Both the position numbers and the translations under genes were made by a program. From Thermoplasmata archaeon (lineage in GTDB: Archaea > Thermoplasmatota > Thermoplasmata > Lutacidiplasmatales > UBA184), in the NCBI GenBank assembly GCA_035656255.1, contig DASRSV010000018.1:68384-132383 (forward strand): 64,000 bases of DNA, given 5' to 3'. Each line of letters starts with the position of its first letter. Position 1 is the first letter of the stretch. The notes beneath the pieces are model-generated. The model saw only the letters and a program-made list of their open reading frames with translations, searched no databases and had not been told where the DNA came from. Shown here in pieces: positions 41,401-50,130 of the stretch.

Positions 41401-42837
41401 GGGAGCCCCGGCTGGGTCGCGAGCGGGACGAATCGTTCGTTCACGGAGACGCCGAACTCCGGTTACACGTTCACCGGCTGGGAGGGGACCGGTGTCGGCT
41501 CCTACTCGGGGCCAAGGCCGACCGCGAGCGTGGTCGTAGGGGGACCGGTCACGGAGGTCGCCGGTTTCGCCCCGCTCGCCTCGGACCGTTTCAACGTTAC
41601 GTTCCTCGAATCCGGGATCCCGTCCGGCACCTTGTGGTCCGTCGACGTCAGCGGCGCGGGATACGCCTCGGACCGGCCGACGATCACCGTGCCGAGCCTT
41701 CTCTCGTGCTCGGCCGGGACGGCGGGACGCTATTCCCTCTCGGTGCCGGACGCGTTCGCGAACGGCACGGGGGAGACACGGTTCTCCGCGATCAGCTATC
41801 CCACGGAGTTCTGCACCGACGGCGGAACGGTCGTGGGGGTCGCGTTCGAGGAGCGGTTCCGCGTCGGCGTCACATCGACCGATGGTGGGGCGGCCTCCGT
41901 TTCGGCCGGGGGGCTGGTCGGTCCCGGACCGGTCTGGGTCCCGAACGGTTCCCCGGTCGAGCTCGTCGCGCAGGCGGCGGCCGGCTTCCGGTTCGTCGAA
42001 TGGGAGGGGAGCGGGACGGGAGCGTACTCGGGAACATCGGCGTTCGAGAACTTCACACCCGCCGCGAGCGTCGACGAGCTCGCGGTCTTCGGTCGAAGCG
42101 CGGGCGCCTCAACCCCGACCTTCACGGTCGCATTCACCCTCGCGGCCGAGATTCTTCCCGGGACGACATGGAGCATCGACTTCGCGTCGCGGGAGTTCTC
42201 CTCCTCCACCCCGGAGCTGAACGTCTCGGGACTACCCTCCGGAACGTACACGCTCACCGTGCTGCCGGCCTACGGACCGGACGGCCAGACGGAGTACATG
42301 CCGAGCGGCGGCTCGGTCCAGATCTCCGTCACGGAGAACCTCTCGTGGTCGGTCGCCTACGCGGCGAGCTTCTGGGTCGCGGTCGCGGCGACCCCCGGCG
42401 GGTTCGCCGGCCCCGGCTCGGGTTGGGTCCCCGCCGGCGCCGGGATCGCCCTGAATGCGACCGCGGCCCCCGGATACACGTTCGACGGATGGGTAGGGTC
42501 CGGACCGGGACGGAACTATTCGGGGCCGGACGCGAATCCGACGTTCCGCGCCACCGGGCCGGTCTCGGAGCTCGCGGTGTTCACTCCGGCCATCGCCTCG
42601 ACGCTGCGCCCTTCGGCCGCGCCGGCCGTCGCACCGTGGATCTGGGCGGCCGTCGGCGGGACCGGTCTCGCGATCGGACTCGGGGCCGGAACATGGCTGA
42701 TCCGACGGCGTCCTCCCGGCGCCTCTGCCGTCCGTCCCGCGGAGCCGGAGCCAGATGCGACCGAGCCCCCCTGGCAGGAGGTTGTGGCCCCGGGCACGAA
42801 CGGGAGTGTCGAGGACCTCCCCCCGGAGGAGCCGTAG
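38434..42837 (+). CDS. giant secreted surface protein, paralog of the upstream gene (same architecture)
   Basis: 1467 aa. Asp-boxes SADEGATWSGP, STTNGSTWGVP. GLPxGTxW modules (ETGLPGNASW, ESGIPSGTLW, ILPGTTWSIDF). GYTFTGWEGTGVGSYSG-type modules. YYYYQYDYCYPQ insert. C-terminal TM WIWAAVGGTGLAIGLGAGTWLIRRRPP. True start is probably the ATG at 38470 (MAHPW...), downstream of the preceding stop. Confidence 0.75.
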   Translation: MELPPPGRRSRPMAHPWADPSCPRRQGGRAPAWLACAVGALSVAVLLAVPPSDHGNGRLQGTQGPAVRATVEPAVSNRAPTAPSGSMNTSVTGVFFANNTSFAAPGAGRQYCVVGPSTYYYYQYDYCYPQAQNPSVVRLANGAIGVGYSVYTNRSTTACTAEASQTNARVAFSVSATNGSTFAAPVDIGNGTCRFLQAIEPSFAVAPDGTLYAAFIEENASSQVYGNGSTLPGDFANRSTDALAFVVSRSNGSSFSAPVPLDASGNLARPIVAAFGRSVYVLYENLTNTTTPIPSAVNPSPTPIALRLLASADEGATWSGPYTLPGLNRSQGYTAFAGSMAVEPTGSVVVAYATNRSCVLDYVSYCYRYGEQIVVAASTTNGSTWGVPTVVGAGVGEARCFDYVNTTSACPRYLFEWAPETTVAFDPAVGRLVVAWAGTFDRHASNVFENYLTTGVYVAIASAPTGPWTVTASHLQPDPSSLDDYYTPALGVVAGSVYLTYTWKNATTYCYSYCDYLDGTITQWTQWSPNGRNWSASILLGLAKVYGYPVATPETWPGYLASVGATAAGRPVIAYALNQPATSTSWYSSSLGKYLYNTSYATVLALAHPYVGRTVTLNLTETGLPGNASWTVAVDGNNFTASTPTILVTDVPPASGVLLHQFPFPAAYRTISTSSTSTPQFATYTVNATVLVAYTVQYGFALSFEPTTISYVSVGVDVAGYYYSDYESTSLYNGVTYHSDYAYPSFPWYLPLGARVTFAPSSTPPIAYWNGTGPGAFSGLGGWANVTIDAPINETGWGGAYGRSSVTFQSLGLPPSSNYTFGFRGTNHTAPGNASVVVANVTTGAYPIGPAQATALRPGWEYFGRASVGDTVVVPVEPLVNFSYVLVDVGAPAGPARFHAVGLTAGTVWRLGFNGTTYSSATPWINLTTRPGTFDIAPQPVVAANGSAGYAPFDLGPSINVTTGSTYNLSFTAAYRVEATAGVGGSVSNGSPGWVASGTNRSFTETPNSGYTFTGWEGTGVGSYSGPRPTASVVVGGPVTEVAGFAPLASDRFNVTFLESGIPSGTLWSVDVSGAGYASDRPTITVPSLLSCSAGTAGRYSLSVPDAFANGTGETRFSAISYPTEFCTDGGTVVGVAFEERFRVGVTSTDGGAASVSAGGLVGPGPVWVPNGSPVELVAQAAAGFRFVEWEGSGTGAYSGTSAFENFTPAASVDELAVFGRSAGASTPTFTVAFTLAAEILPGTTWSIDFASREFSSSTPELNVSGLPSGTYTLTVLPAYGPDGQTEYMPSGGSVQISVTENLSWSVAYAASFWVAVAATPGGFAGPGSGWVPAGAGIALNATAAPGYTFDGWVGSGPGRNYSGPDANPTFRATGPVSELAVFTPAIASTLRPSAAPAVAPWIWAAVGGTGLAIGLGAGTWLIRRRPPGASAVRPAEPEPDATEPPWQEVVAPGTNGSVEDLPPEEP

Positions 42838-42912
42838 GAGGCCCCCGCCCCCCGGGCGACGCGCCCGGTGCGGCCGCCCGGAGGGTACGGCCGCTGCGTG
42901 CGGGGTGGCGGA

Positions 42913-43767
42913 CTAGGCGATGGTGATCGAATTCAGCGTCGCTCCGTTGCCGAGCGTCGCGAAGTTCAGGCTCGCCTGCGCGGACCCGCCGGTGATGTAG
43001 GTGTTGTACGCGTCCATCTCGGCGTACGCCTGACCGAACAGATCGATCTCCAGGATGAACGATTGCGAGGTATTGAGCGCCGTCGCGTTCACGTACCAGA
43101 CGATGTTCTGGCTGCCGCTGAACGAGCCGGTCGCGCCGCCGAGCGTCGCGGTCGAGCAGGAGCCGCTGCTGCACGTCGTCGAGTTCTCGGAGATGTTCTG
43201 GAACCCGATCCAGAAGTTCGACGAGGAGTAGACGCTGCCGTTGTAGGTGTCGTAGAGGTAGGCGACGCCGGCGAGGAACGCCTGCGCGACCTCGGTGCAC
43301 CCGTACGTAGTGTTCGTGCTGACCTTGCACGCACCGGGGGTGAACTTCTCCGATAGCGCGGCCGTGAACGTCCAGTTCACCTTGATGTGCACGTGCGACT
43401 TGAACAGCTTCACCGGGAGCACGACCGAAACTTGGCTGGCCGCGAGCCCGCGATTGGCGATGTTCGTTGGGAGCCCTGCGCACGCCGCATCCGAGGCCGT
43501 GTCGGAGAACCCGCCGGTGCCGGTCTTCGGGGAGAAGTGCGGCGCGGCCGTCACTCGGTCCTTGCCGCACGCGACCTGCCCGGTGTTGCTGAACGTGGCG
43601 ACGAGCAGGTGCTTGTAGGGGGCCTTCAGGATCGCGGGATGCAGGAGCGAAGCGGAGCCCATCGGCGCGAGGACCACGACAAGGGCGACCACGGCGAATC
43701 CCCCTCCCGACATCGCCCCCAGCCATCGGCCCGTCCGAACTCGTCCAACCCGTTCTCTTGCGTTCAT
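42913..43767 (-). CDS. secreted/signal-anchored S/T/N/G-rich hypothetical protein
   Basis: 284 aa. N-terminal hydrophobic FAVVALVVVLAPMGSASLL. Many N-x-S/T sequons and Cys pairs. No recognisable catalytic motif. Sits immediately after the two giant surface-protein genes. Confidence 0.5.
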   Translation of the reverse strand: MNARERVGRVRTGRWLGAMSGGGFAVVALVVVLAPMGSASLLHPAILKAPYKHLLVATFSNTGQVACGKDRVTAAPHFSPKTGTGGFSDTASDAACAGLPTNIANRGLAASQVSVVLPVKLFKSHVHIKVNWTFTAALSEKFTPGACKVSTNTTYGCTEVAQAFLAGVAYLYDTYNGSVYSSSNFWIGFQNISENSTTCSSGSCSTATLGGATGSFSGSQNIVWYVNATALNTSQSFILEIDLFGQAYAEMDAYNTYITGGSAQASLNFATLGNGATLNSITIA

Positions 43768-43979
43768 GCGATTCTCCGTCCGCAGCTTCGTCCGGCCGGA
43801 TTCTCCGTTGGAGGGAACCGGACCGGTCGGGCGACGCAGGCGCTCCCGCGTACATAAGCCCGTGAGATTGGATACTTCGAATCATCCCCGGCGAGAGCCG
43901 TGGAAGCGAGGGGACGCCCGGGCCAAGGCGGCGGCGACGGGGAATCCCCGCGGGGCCCGCTCAGGGCCAAGGGGCCGGT

Positions 43980-44717
43980 TCAGGCCGACGGGGTCGACCC
44001 CTCGGGGACATCGGCACTGTCGAGCTGCTCGGGGACCTCGACCCCCGGCGGGAGGTCGAGGAAGTGGCCGGCCTTGAGGCGCTTCGTCTCGAGATACCGC
44101 GCGTTGAACGGGTTCGGCGGGACGACGATCGGGATCCGGCCGTCGATCTGGACGCCGTGGAACGCGAGGTCGGCGACCTTCGCGGGGTTGTTCGACATGA
44201 GGCGGATCGATCGGACCCGGAGCGACTGAAGCATGTGCGCGGCGACGACGTAGTCCCGCTCGTCCGGCCGGAATCCGAGGAGCTCGTTCGCCTGGAGCGT
44301 GTCGTACCCCTTCTCCTGGAGCTGGTAGGCGCGGATCTTGTTCGCAAAGCCGATCCCCCTCCCTTCCTGACGGAGGTAGAGGACGATCCCCGACTCCTCC
44401 TGACCGATCATCTCGAGCGCGCGCTCGAGCTGCTCGCGGCAATCGCAGCGCAGCGAGGTGAACGCGTCGCCGGTCAGGCATTCCGAGTGCAGGCGGACCG
44501 GAACGCCGCTCTTTCCGACGACGTTGCCGTGGACGAGAGCGGCGTGCTCCTTCTTGTCCGATGGGCTGTCGAACGCCACGACGTGGAAATCACCGAAGCG
44601 GGTGGGGAGGCGGGCCACCGCGACGATCCGAACGCACGCGGGGCTCTGCTCGGTGCAATCGTGTTCGGCATCGAGCGCGACCAGGTCGTTGAGCGTCGGC
44701 ACGGAAGGAGCGTCCAT
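43980..44717 (-). CDS. ribA: GTP cyclohydrolase II (RibA-type)
   Basis: RLHSECLTGDAF, CDCREQLE (zinc site), GRGIGFANKIRAYQLQ motifs. Start set at the ATG giving MDAPSVPTLNDL; the track ORF extends to 44891 with Arg/Pro-rich junk. Confidence 0.85.
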   Translation of the reverse strand: MDAPSVPTLNDLVALDAEHDCTEQSPACVRIVAVARLPTRFGDFHVVAFDSPSDKKEHAALVHGNVVGKSGVPVRLHSECLTGDAFTSLRCDCREQLERALEMIGQEESGIVLYLRQEGRGIGFANKIRAYQLQEKGYDTLQANELLGFRPDERDYVVAAHMLQSLRVRSIRLMSNNPAKVADLAFHGVQIDGRIPIVVPPNPFNARYLETKRLKAGHFLDLPPGVEVPEQLDSADVPEGSTPSA

Positions 44718-44755
44718 CGGAGCCCGCGGGACCGGGGCCCGTGGGCCTCGCGCGT

Positions 44756-45643
44756 TTATGGCCGTGACGCGCCGCGTCGGCGCATGTTCCCGCGTTTGGC
44801 CGGTGCGCGCTCCCCCCGTGGGGAGCGGCGAAAGGCCCTCGGTCCCGCTGAGATGGCGGCCCGACGCCTCGCGACCTCTCCCATGTCGCACTTGTGAGCT
44901 TGAATCACCAAGTGCAGAGGAATCTGAGCGATCCAGGAGTCGACCGGACTGGCGGTGCGGAATTCCGGCAGAGCCTCCGGTTCATCCAGGGCGGTGATCG
45001 CGAGTCCCGCCTCGCCCAGGACGCGCGCGTACCAGTTCAACGGGCGGTGGTGGCCCAACGTCCGGTAGAGCGTCCCATCCGGGGTTCGCCACGGGAACCG
45101 TTCGGAGAGGAGCTCTCGATATCGGCTGATCTTCCGGTAGACGGTCGTCGTCAGAAGCACGCGTTCGACCGACCAAGCGGAGGCCGAACCGTTGTCGAAG
45201 CATGGGTGGCTCAGCGTAGCAACGAATCGACCGCCGGGTCTGAGCACCCGGGCGACCTGGCGGATCGCTCCGGCCCCGTCGGAGATGTCCATCAGCGCCA
45301 TGTTCGAGACCGCGAGGTCGAACGAGTCGTCGGGGAACCCGGTCAGGTGGGCGGCATCCCGTCGCTCGTACCGGACATCCAGCGACGGGGCGGTGCGAGC
45401 TTTGGCACGCTCGAGCATCGAGGGCGACGAATCGATGGCCACGACATGGGCCCCTGAGCGGGCGAGCCGCCGTGCGATGTACCCGTTCCCGCAGGCAAGG
45501 TCGAGCACGCGGAGCCCACGGACCCGGCCGACTCGCTTCCAGAGCCCAGGGTCGATGAGGGTCCGGTGCCAAGTATCGCCGCGATCGCCCTGCTTTTCGT
45601 CGTAGTACGCCGCGATCTCCTCCCAGCCGTTCGCCTCCGCCAT
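44756..45643 (-). CDS. class I SAM-dependent methyltransferase
   Basis: Motif I VLDLACGNGYIARRLA, then DLAVSNMAL, VLRPGGRFVAT. Confidence 0.7.
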   Translation of the reverse strand: MAEANGWEEIAAYYDEKQGDRGDTWHRTLIDPGLWKRVGRVRGLRVLDLACGNGYIARRLARSGAHVVAIDSSPSMLERAKARTAPSLDVRYERRDAAHLTGFPDDSFDLAVSNMALMDISDGAGAIRQVARVLRPGGRFVATLSHPCFDNGSASAWSVERVLLTTTVYRKISRYRELLSERFPWRTPDGTLYRTLGHHRPLNWYARVLGEAGLAITALDEPEALPEFRTASPVDSWIAQIPLHLVIQAHKCDMGEVARRRAAISAGPRAFRRSPRGERAPAKRGNMRRRGASRP

Positions 45644-45715
45644 CGACGTGGCCTCTGAGGTCCGAGGTGGGATAGTCTCTCCGGCTCGGCGGAGAGCCGA
45701 GCGCCGAACCGGGGG

Positions 45716-46243
45716 TCAGTGGCGCCGGCGGCGCCCGCCGTCCCGGGGCCGGCGCGGCGCCTTCGAGGCGTTCAATCGCTCGACGACCCGGGCGGCCCGC
45801 CGGATTCGTGTCGCGGACTCCTTCCCGGCCCGAACGTATTCCGAGAACTCCCGGCGATGCGAGGGAGCGAGCCCATCGTACTCCTGTCGGGACCGGGGCG
45901 ACCTCCGCAGCGCCTCCGCGAGCTCGCGGGGTGGCCGCAATGGGCGGGCCGAGAGCACGGGGGAGAGTTCCACGCTGACGCGCGAACCGGCCGCGACGCC
46001 GAGCGCCGCCTGGAGGGGCTTCGTCACTAGGAGGATGAGGGATCCGTCACCCCACGGGATAGCCGTCGATTCGAACGGCTTGCCGAGCACGCTGCCGCGA
46101 ACCCGCAGCTTTCCCCGAATTCCGAACGCGGCTCGAAGCCGGCCGCCGAGATCGAGGTACGTCCACGTCCCGGGGCCTCTCGACCGCAGCACCCCCTCCG
46201 CGCGGAAGGTTGGCCGAGCACTCCCGCCCGCCATCACCATCAA
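45716..46243 (-). CDS. DUF1905 + YdeI/OmpD-associated (DUF1801-like) domain protein
   Basis: N-terminal WTYLDLGGRLRAAFGIRGKLRVRGSVLGKPFESTAIPWGDGSLILLV (DUF1905-like). C-terminal SHRREFSEYVRAGKESATRIRRAARVVERL. Confidence 0.6.
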   Translation of the reverse strand: MMVMAGGSARPTFRAEGVLRSRGPGTWTYLDLGGRLRAAFGIRGKLRVRGSVLGKPFESTAIPWGDGSLILLVTKPLQAALGVAAGSRVSVELSPVLSARPLRPPRELAEALRRSPRSRQEYDGLAPSHRREFSEYVRAGKESATRIRRAARVVERLNASKAPRRPRDGGRRRRH

Positions 46244-46327
46244 CGGGCAGACCGAGAGCCGGAGGATGAAACTGTTCGGTCCCCTTCAGGGGATCGCCGG
46301 GCTCGTCGATAGAACCTTAAGCCGCGG

Positions 46328-47569
46328 GTGCTCGGGAGTCTAGTGCGTATGAATGCGCATTATCGCCGGTTCCGAATCCGACCCACGCGACCCGGCTCCT
46401 CACCGGAGGGCGGGCCGCCGTGGATCCTCGTTCCTGTCGTGGCGATCGTCCTTGCGGCGTGTCCCGGCGGCTTGCTCACCGATGGCGCCCGCGCTCCGGC
46501 GAAGAGCTTCGGGGAAGGAGCGACGACGCTCGCGGGGATGTTCCCCACTCCGATTCGGCATGTGATCGTGGTGTTCTTCGAAAACACGGAGGTCAACACC
46601 ACCCTCGCCGGCGCGCCGTTCGAGCGGTCGATCGCGGCGCACTACGCGTTCGCGAGCCAATTCTACGCGGTCGCGCACTACTCCCTGCCGGACTATCTCG
46701 CCGCGACCTCGGGCGCCGTGAAGAGCCCGGCGACCCCGTTCAGCGCCCGGAACATCGGAGACCTCGCCAAGGCCCGGAATCTCTCGTGGGATGGGATCAT
46801 GGAGGGGATGCCGACCGCATGCGACCGCCAGGACGACTGGAGCGTGGGCTACGACGTCGCTCATGACCCGTTCGTCTGGTATTCCGACGTGATCCACAAC
46901 CCCGGTCGCTGCGACCAGCGCGTGGTCAACATGACGGCGTGGAACGCGTCGCTGGCCGTGGGAACGCTCCCGAACTACGTGTTCCTCTCGCCCGACACGT
47001 TCGATGACGCCCACAACGGCACCCTCCTCCAGGCGGACGCTTGGCTCGCGAACCTCACCCGTTCCCTGCTCGGGCATCCGCGTCTCTTCGCCTCGACCGC
47101 GCTGTTCGTCACCTACGATGAGGGTACGTCGAACCTAGGATTCAACGGAACCAGCGGGGGCCACGTGTACCTGGCTCTCGTGAGCCCGTTTGCCCGGTTC
47201 GGGTACAACTCCACCCACCCGTACAATACGATCAGTCTGCTCACCACCGCCGAATGGCTGCTCGGGCTCGGACGCACGGGACACAACGACAACTGGTCGG
47301 TGAATCCGCCGATGCGAGACCTGTTCAACTTCGCGAAGAGCTACGCGGTCGGCGGCTCCGTCACCGACCTCTCCGGGACCCCGATCGTCAATGCCACGAT
47401 CTCGGACGGGCTCGGGGTGTCGACGACGACCAACGCCTCCGGAGGGTTCGTCCTCTACCTGTCCTCGGGATCCTACAATCTCACGGCCTCCGCGGCCGGG
47501 CTCGTCCCGGTCACCCGGTCGATCGTGGTCCACCACGCGGCGATCACGGGGATCCGGTTCCGACTCTGA
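46328..47569 (+). CDS. secreted PF04185-type phosphoesterase (PlcN/AcpA family) with C-terminal CarboxypepD_reg-like beta-sandwich
   Basis: IRHVIVVFFENTEVN, AHYSLPDYLAATSG, VFLSPDTFDDAHN, FVTYDEGTS family blocks. N-terminal hydrophobic WILVPVVAIVLAAC. C-terminal GSVTDLSGTPIVNATISD...GGFVLYLSSGSYNLTASAAG. Start may be the ATG at 46349. Confidence 0.75.
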   Translation: MLGSLVRMNAHYRRFRIRPTRPGSSPEGGPPWILVPVVAIVLAACPGGLLTDGARAPAKSFGEGATTLAGMFPTPIRHVIVVFFENTEVNTTLAGAPFERSIAAHYAFASQFYAVAHYSLPDYLAATSGAVKSPATPFSARNIGDLAKARNLSWDGIMEGMPTACDRQDDWSVGYDVAHDPFVWYSDVIHNPGRCDQRVVNMTAWNASLAVGTLPNYVFLSPDTFDDAHNGTLLQADAWLANLTRSLLGHPRLFASTALFVTYDEGTSNLGFNGTSGGHVYLALVSPFARFGYNSTHPYNTISLLTTAEWLLGLGRTGHNDNWSVNPPMRDLFNFAKSYAVGGSVTDLSGTPIVNATISDGLGVSTTTNASGGFVLYLSSGSYNLTASAAGLVPVTRSIVVHHAAITGIRFRL

Positions 47570-47621
47570 CCAGACCCGACGCGCCGGCAGGCCGAGCTGG
47601 AGCGTACTGCGGACGCATAGG

Positions 47622-50057
47622 CTAGGAATCCGGACGCGCCCGTACGGCGAGGAAGACGCGGAGCCACTCGAGCCCCTCGTCAACCCCGCGGTGCGCCTCC
47701 GCGAAATCGTGCGCCGCGAAGTACTCCCGCACCATCTCGGGCCGCTCGTACCCGAACAGCGGGATGAAGGTCGGGAAGAGGACCGCGAGGAGGCCGGTGC
47801 CGGTCCACTGCTTCTCGAGCCGGTCGGCCCGCTCCACGAACCACTCCCAGATCTGCCGGCGGGTGCTCGCCACGCGTCCCGCGTCGCGCAGCACATCCCA
47901 GACGCGCGACGAAGCGAGCGATCCGGAGTCGAGGAGGGCGAGCGCGCGCTCCATTTCGGGGCCGCCCGGAGCGAAGGCGAGGGCCTCGGCGAGGACCTCC
48001 GCCTCTTCGTCGCTCGCGGCACGGTCCAGGCGGGCGCGTACGTCGTCGAACCCCGCCGCTCCCCCGGAGAGCACGCGCCCGATAGCGACCGCGTTGCGGA
48101 GCGAGCCGGGAGTCCGCTCCCACTCCTCGAACCGAGCGCCCATCGACGCGGCGAACGCCGGGTCCCAGAGATCGCGGGCGTAGGTCGCGAGGGAGCGGAT
48201 CACGTCGGTCGTCTCCGGCTCGCCCGGCACGGGGTCCAATCCGACCCGGTCGAGCTGGGCCGTGAGGAACGAGGTCGCCGCTCGCCCCCACGGGCTCCGG
48301 TCCCCCAGATACGGACGGAGTCCGATGAGTTGGGTCACCGCCGATCGGACCGGCAGGTAGTGCCCGGATTCGGAGAGCTGTCCGAGAGTCTCCCGGTACG
48401 CCGAGGCTGACGTACTGCCGTCGAGGAAGAAGAGGAACTCGTCCGAGAGGAAGCCCCATTGGTCGATCGCGTCCAACTTCGGGACGCGCGCCCGCATCTC
48501 CGGACCCAGGTCCCCACGGTACCGAACGTGGTAGAAGCCGGTCCGTGACGGATTGACGAGCGGAACCTCCCCGGGCGGGAACGACAGCGAAGCCTCCGCG
48601 CCGTCGAGGAGTACTTCCTGGGCTCGGGGGCCGTCACCGACCCGGACGGGAACGGGCCAGAGCTCTGCGGTCGGAGGTCGACCGATCACAAACGACGTTT
48701 GTCGGAGGCGGAGATGGCCGTCCTCCCGCGCCACCTCGATCACGGGATGCCCCGGTTGTCGGATCCAGCGCTCCATGACGCGGGCGACGGGCTTACGGCT
48801 GGCTCCCTCGAGCGCGTTCCATAGGTCCTCCCCGCGGGCGTTCGCGTACTGGAAGCGCGTGAGGTACTCCGTAACGCCGCGCCGGAAGGCCTCCTCGCCG
48901 ATGTACGCCTCGACCATGCGCAGGACGCTCGCCCCCTTCCCGTAGGAGATCCGGTCCGCGATCTCCGCGATCTCCGACGGGTGGTGGACCTCGACCTGGA
49001 TCGGGTGGGTCGTCGTGAGCGCGTCCTGGACGAGCCCGGTGCCCGTCTCTCGCTGCAGGAAGTCGCCCCACCAGTCGGCGCCGGGGTAGAGGCGGTCGCA
49101 GAGCGCGTAGCCGACGAACGTTGCGAAGCTCTCGTTGAGCCAGAAGTCGTCCCACCAGCGCATCGTCACGAGGTTTCCGAACCACTGGTGCGCCACCTCG
49201 TGGACGATCGTCGAGACGATGTACCGGCGGAGGAACGGGTCGGTCGTCGGGTCGACGAGCAGCGCCGTCTCCCGGAACGCGATCGCCCCCCAGTTCTCCA
49301 TCGCGCCCGCCCAGAACGCCGGTACGGCGACCAGGTGGAGCTTCCGCAGCGGGTACGGGAGGCGGTAGTACTCCTCGTATCCGAGGAGGCTGCGGCGGGC
49401 GACGTCCAGCGCTACGGAGCCGGCGTCCGTCCTTCCGGGCGGAGCGGCGACCACGATCTGGACTCCATCCTTCGTCTCCTCGCGGAGCTCGAACGGGCCG
49501 ATCCCGAGATAGATGAGGTAGGGGGACATCTTCGGCGTGGGCGCGAACCGGACCCATCGGCCGGTGCCCCGAGCCTCGTCGGTCTCGGCCGGCGTGTTGA
49601 AGATGACCCCGACCGGCTCGTCGACCGCGACGGCCATGCGGAACACGCCCTTCGCGGTCGGTTCGTCGACGCACGGGAACAAGCGCCGGGTCCCGTTCGG
49701 GTACATCTGGGTCGTCAGGATCGTTCGCCCGTCGCCGTAGTTCGAGCGGTACAGCCCCGTGAGCCCGCCTTCGAGCGCGTGGCCCGCGAACTCCACGCGG
49801 ATCCGATGACGGCCGGGACCGAGCGGGGGCAGCCGGATCGACTCGGACGCGAGGTCGACGGGTGCGTCGACCAGCGACCCGTCGACCGCGGTGCTACGTA
49901 CGTCGAGCTCGACGACGTTCAGGCGGAAATCGGGACCCGGATCGTCGACCTCGACCTCCACCGAACCGCGAAACTCTCCGGAGCGGAACCCGACCGAAAG
50001 GTCGACGTCGTAGTGCAGGTCCGGCACGGTCGCCGGGGAGTCGGTATCGCTCTTCAA
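47622..50057 (-). CDS. pepN: M1-family zinc aminopeptidase (aminopeptidase N / tricorn-interacting factor F2/F3-like)
   Basis: GAMENWG exopeptidase motif and HEVAHQWFGNLVTMRWWDDFWLNESFA (HExxH-x18-E). 811 aa with ERAP1-like C-terminal domain. Confidence 0.9.
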   Translation of the reverse strand: MKSDTDSPATVPDLHYDVDLSVGFRSGEFRGSVEVEVDDPGPDFRLNVVELDVRSTAVDGSLVDAPVDLASESIRLPPLGPGRHRIRVEFAGHALEGGLTGLYRSNYGDGRTILTTQMYPNGTRRLFPCVDEPTAKGVFRMAVAVDEPVGVIFNTPAETDEARGTGRWVRFAPTPKMSPYLIYLGIGPFELREETKDGVQIVVAAPPGRTDAGSVALDVARRSLLGYEEYYRLPYPLRKLHLVAVPAFWAGAMENWGAIAFRETALLVDPTTDPFLRRYIVSTIVHEVAHQWFGNLVTMRWWDDFWLNESFATFVGYALCDRLYPGADWWGDFLQRETGTGLVQDALTTTHPIQVEVHHPSEIAEIADRISYGKGASVLRMVEAYIGEEAFRRGVTEYLTRFQYANARGEDLWNALEGASRKPVARVMERWIRQPGHPVIEVAREDGHLRLRQTSFVIGRPPTAELWPVPVRVGDGPRAQEVLLDGAEASLSFPPGEVPLVNPSRTGFYHVRYRGDLGPEMRARVPKLDAIDQWGFLSDEFLFFLDGSTSASAYRETLGQLSESGHYLPVRSAVTQLIGLRPYLGDRSPWGRAATSFLTAQLDRVGLDPVPGEPETTDVIRSLATYARDLWDPAFAASMGARFEEWERTPGSLRNAVAIGRVLSGGAAGFDDVRARLDRAASDEEAEVLAEALAFAPGGPEMERALALLDSGSLASSRVWDVLRDAGRVASTRRQIWEWFVERADRLEKQWTGTGLLAVLFPTFIPLFGYERPEMVREYFAAHDFAEAHRGVDEGLEWLRVFLAVRARPDS

Positions 50058-50130
50058 CTCTGGCGTTCGCCACCGTCCCCCCTACGGTCGCCGACCCGTT
50101 ATCCGAATGCGTCGATGACGGCTCGGCAGC

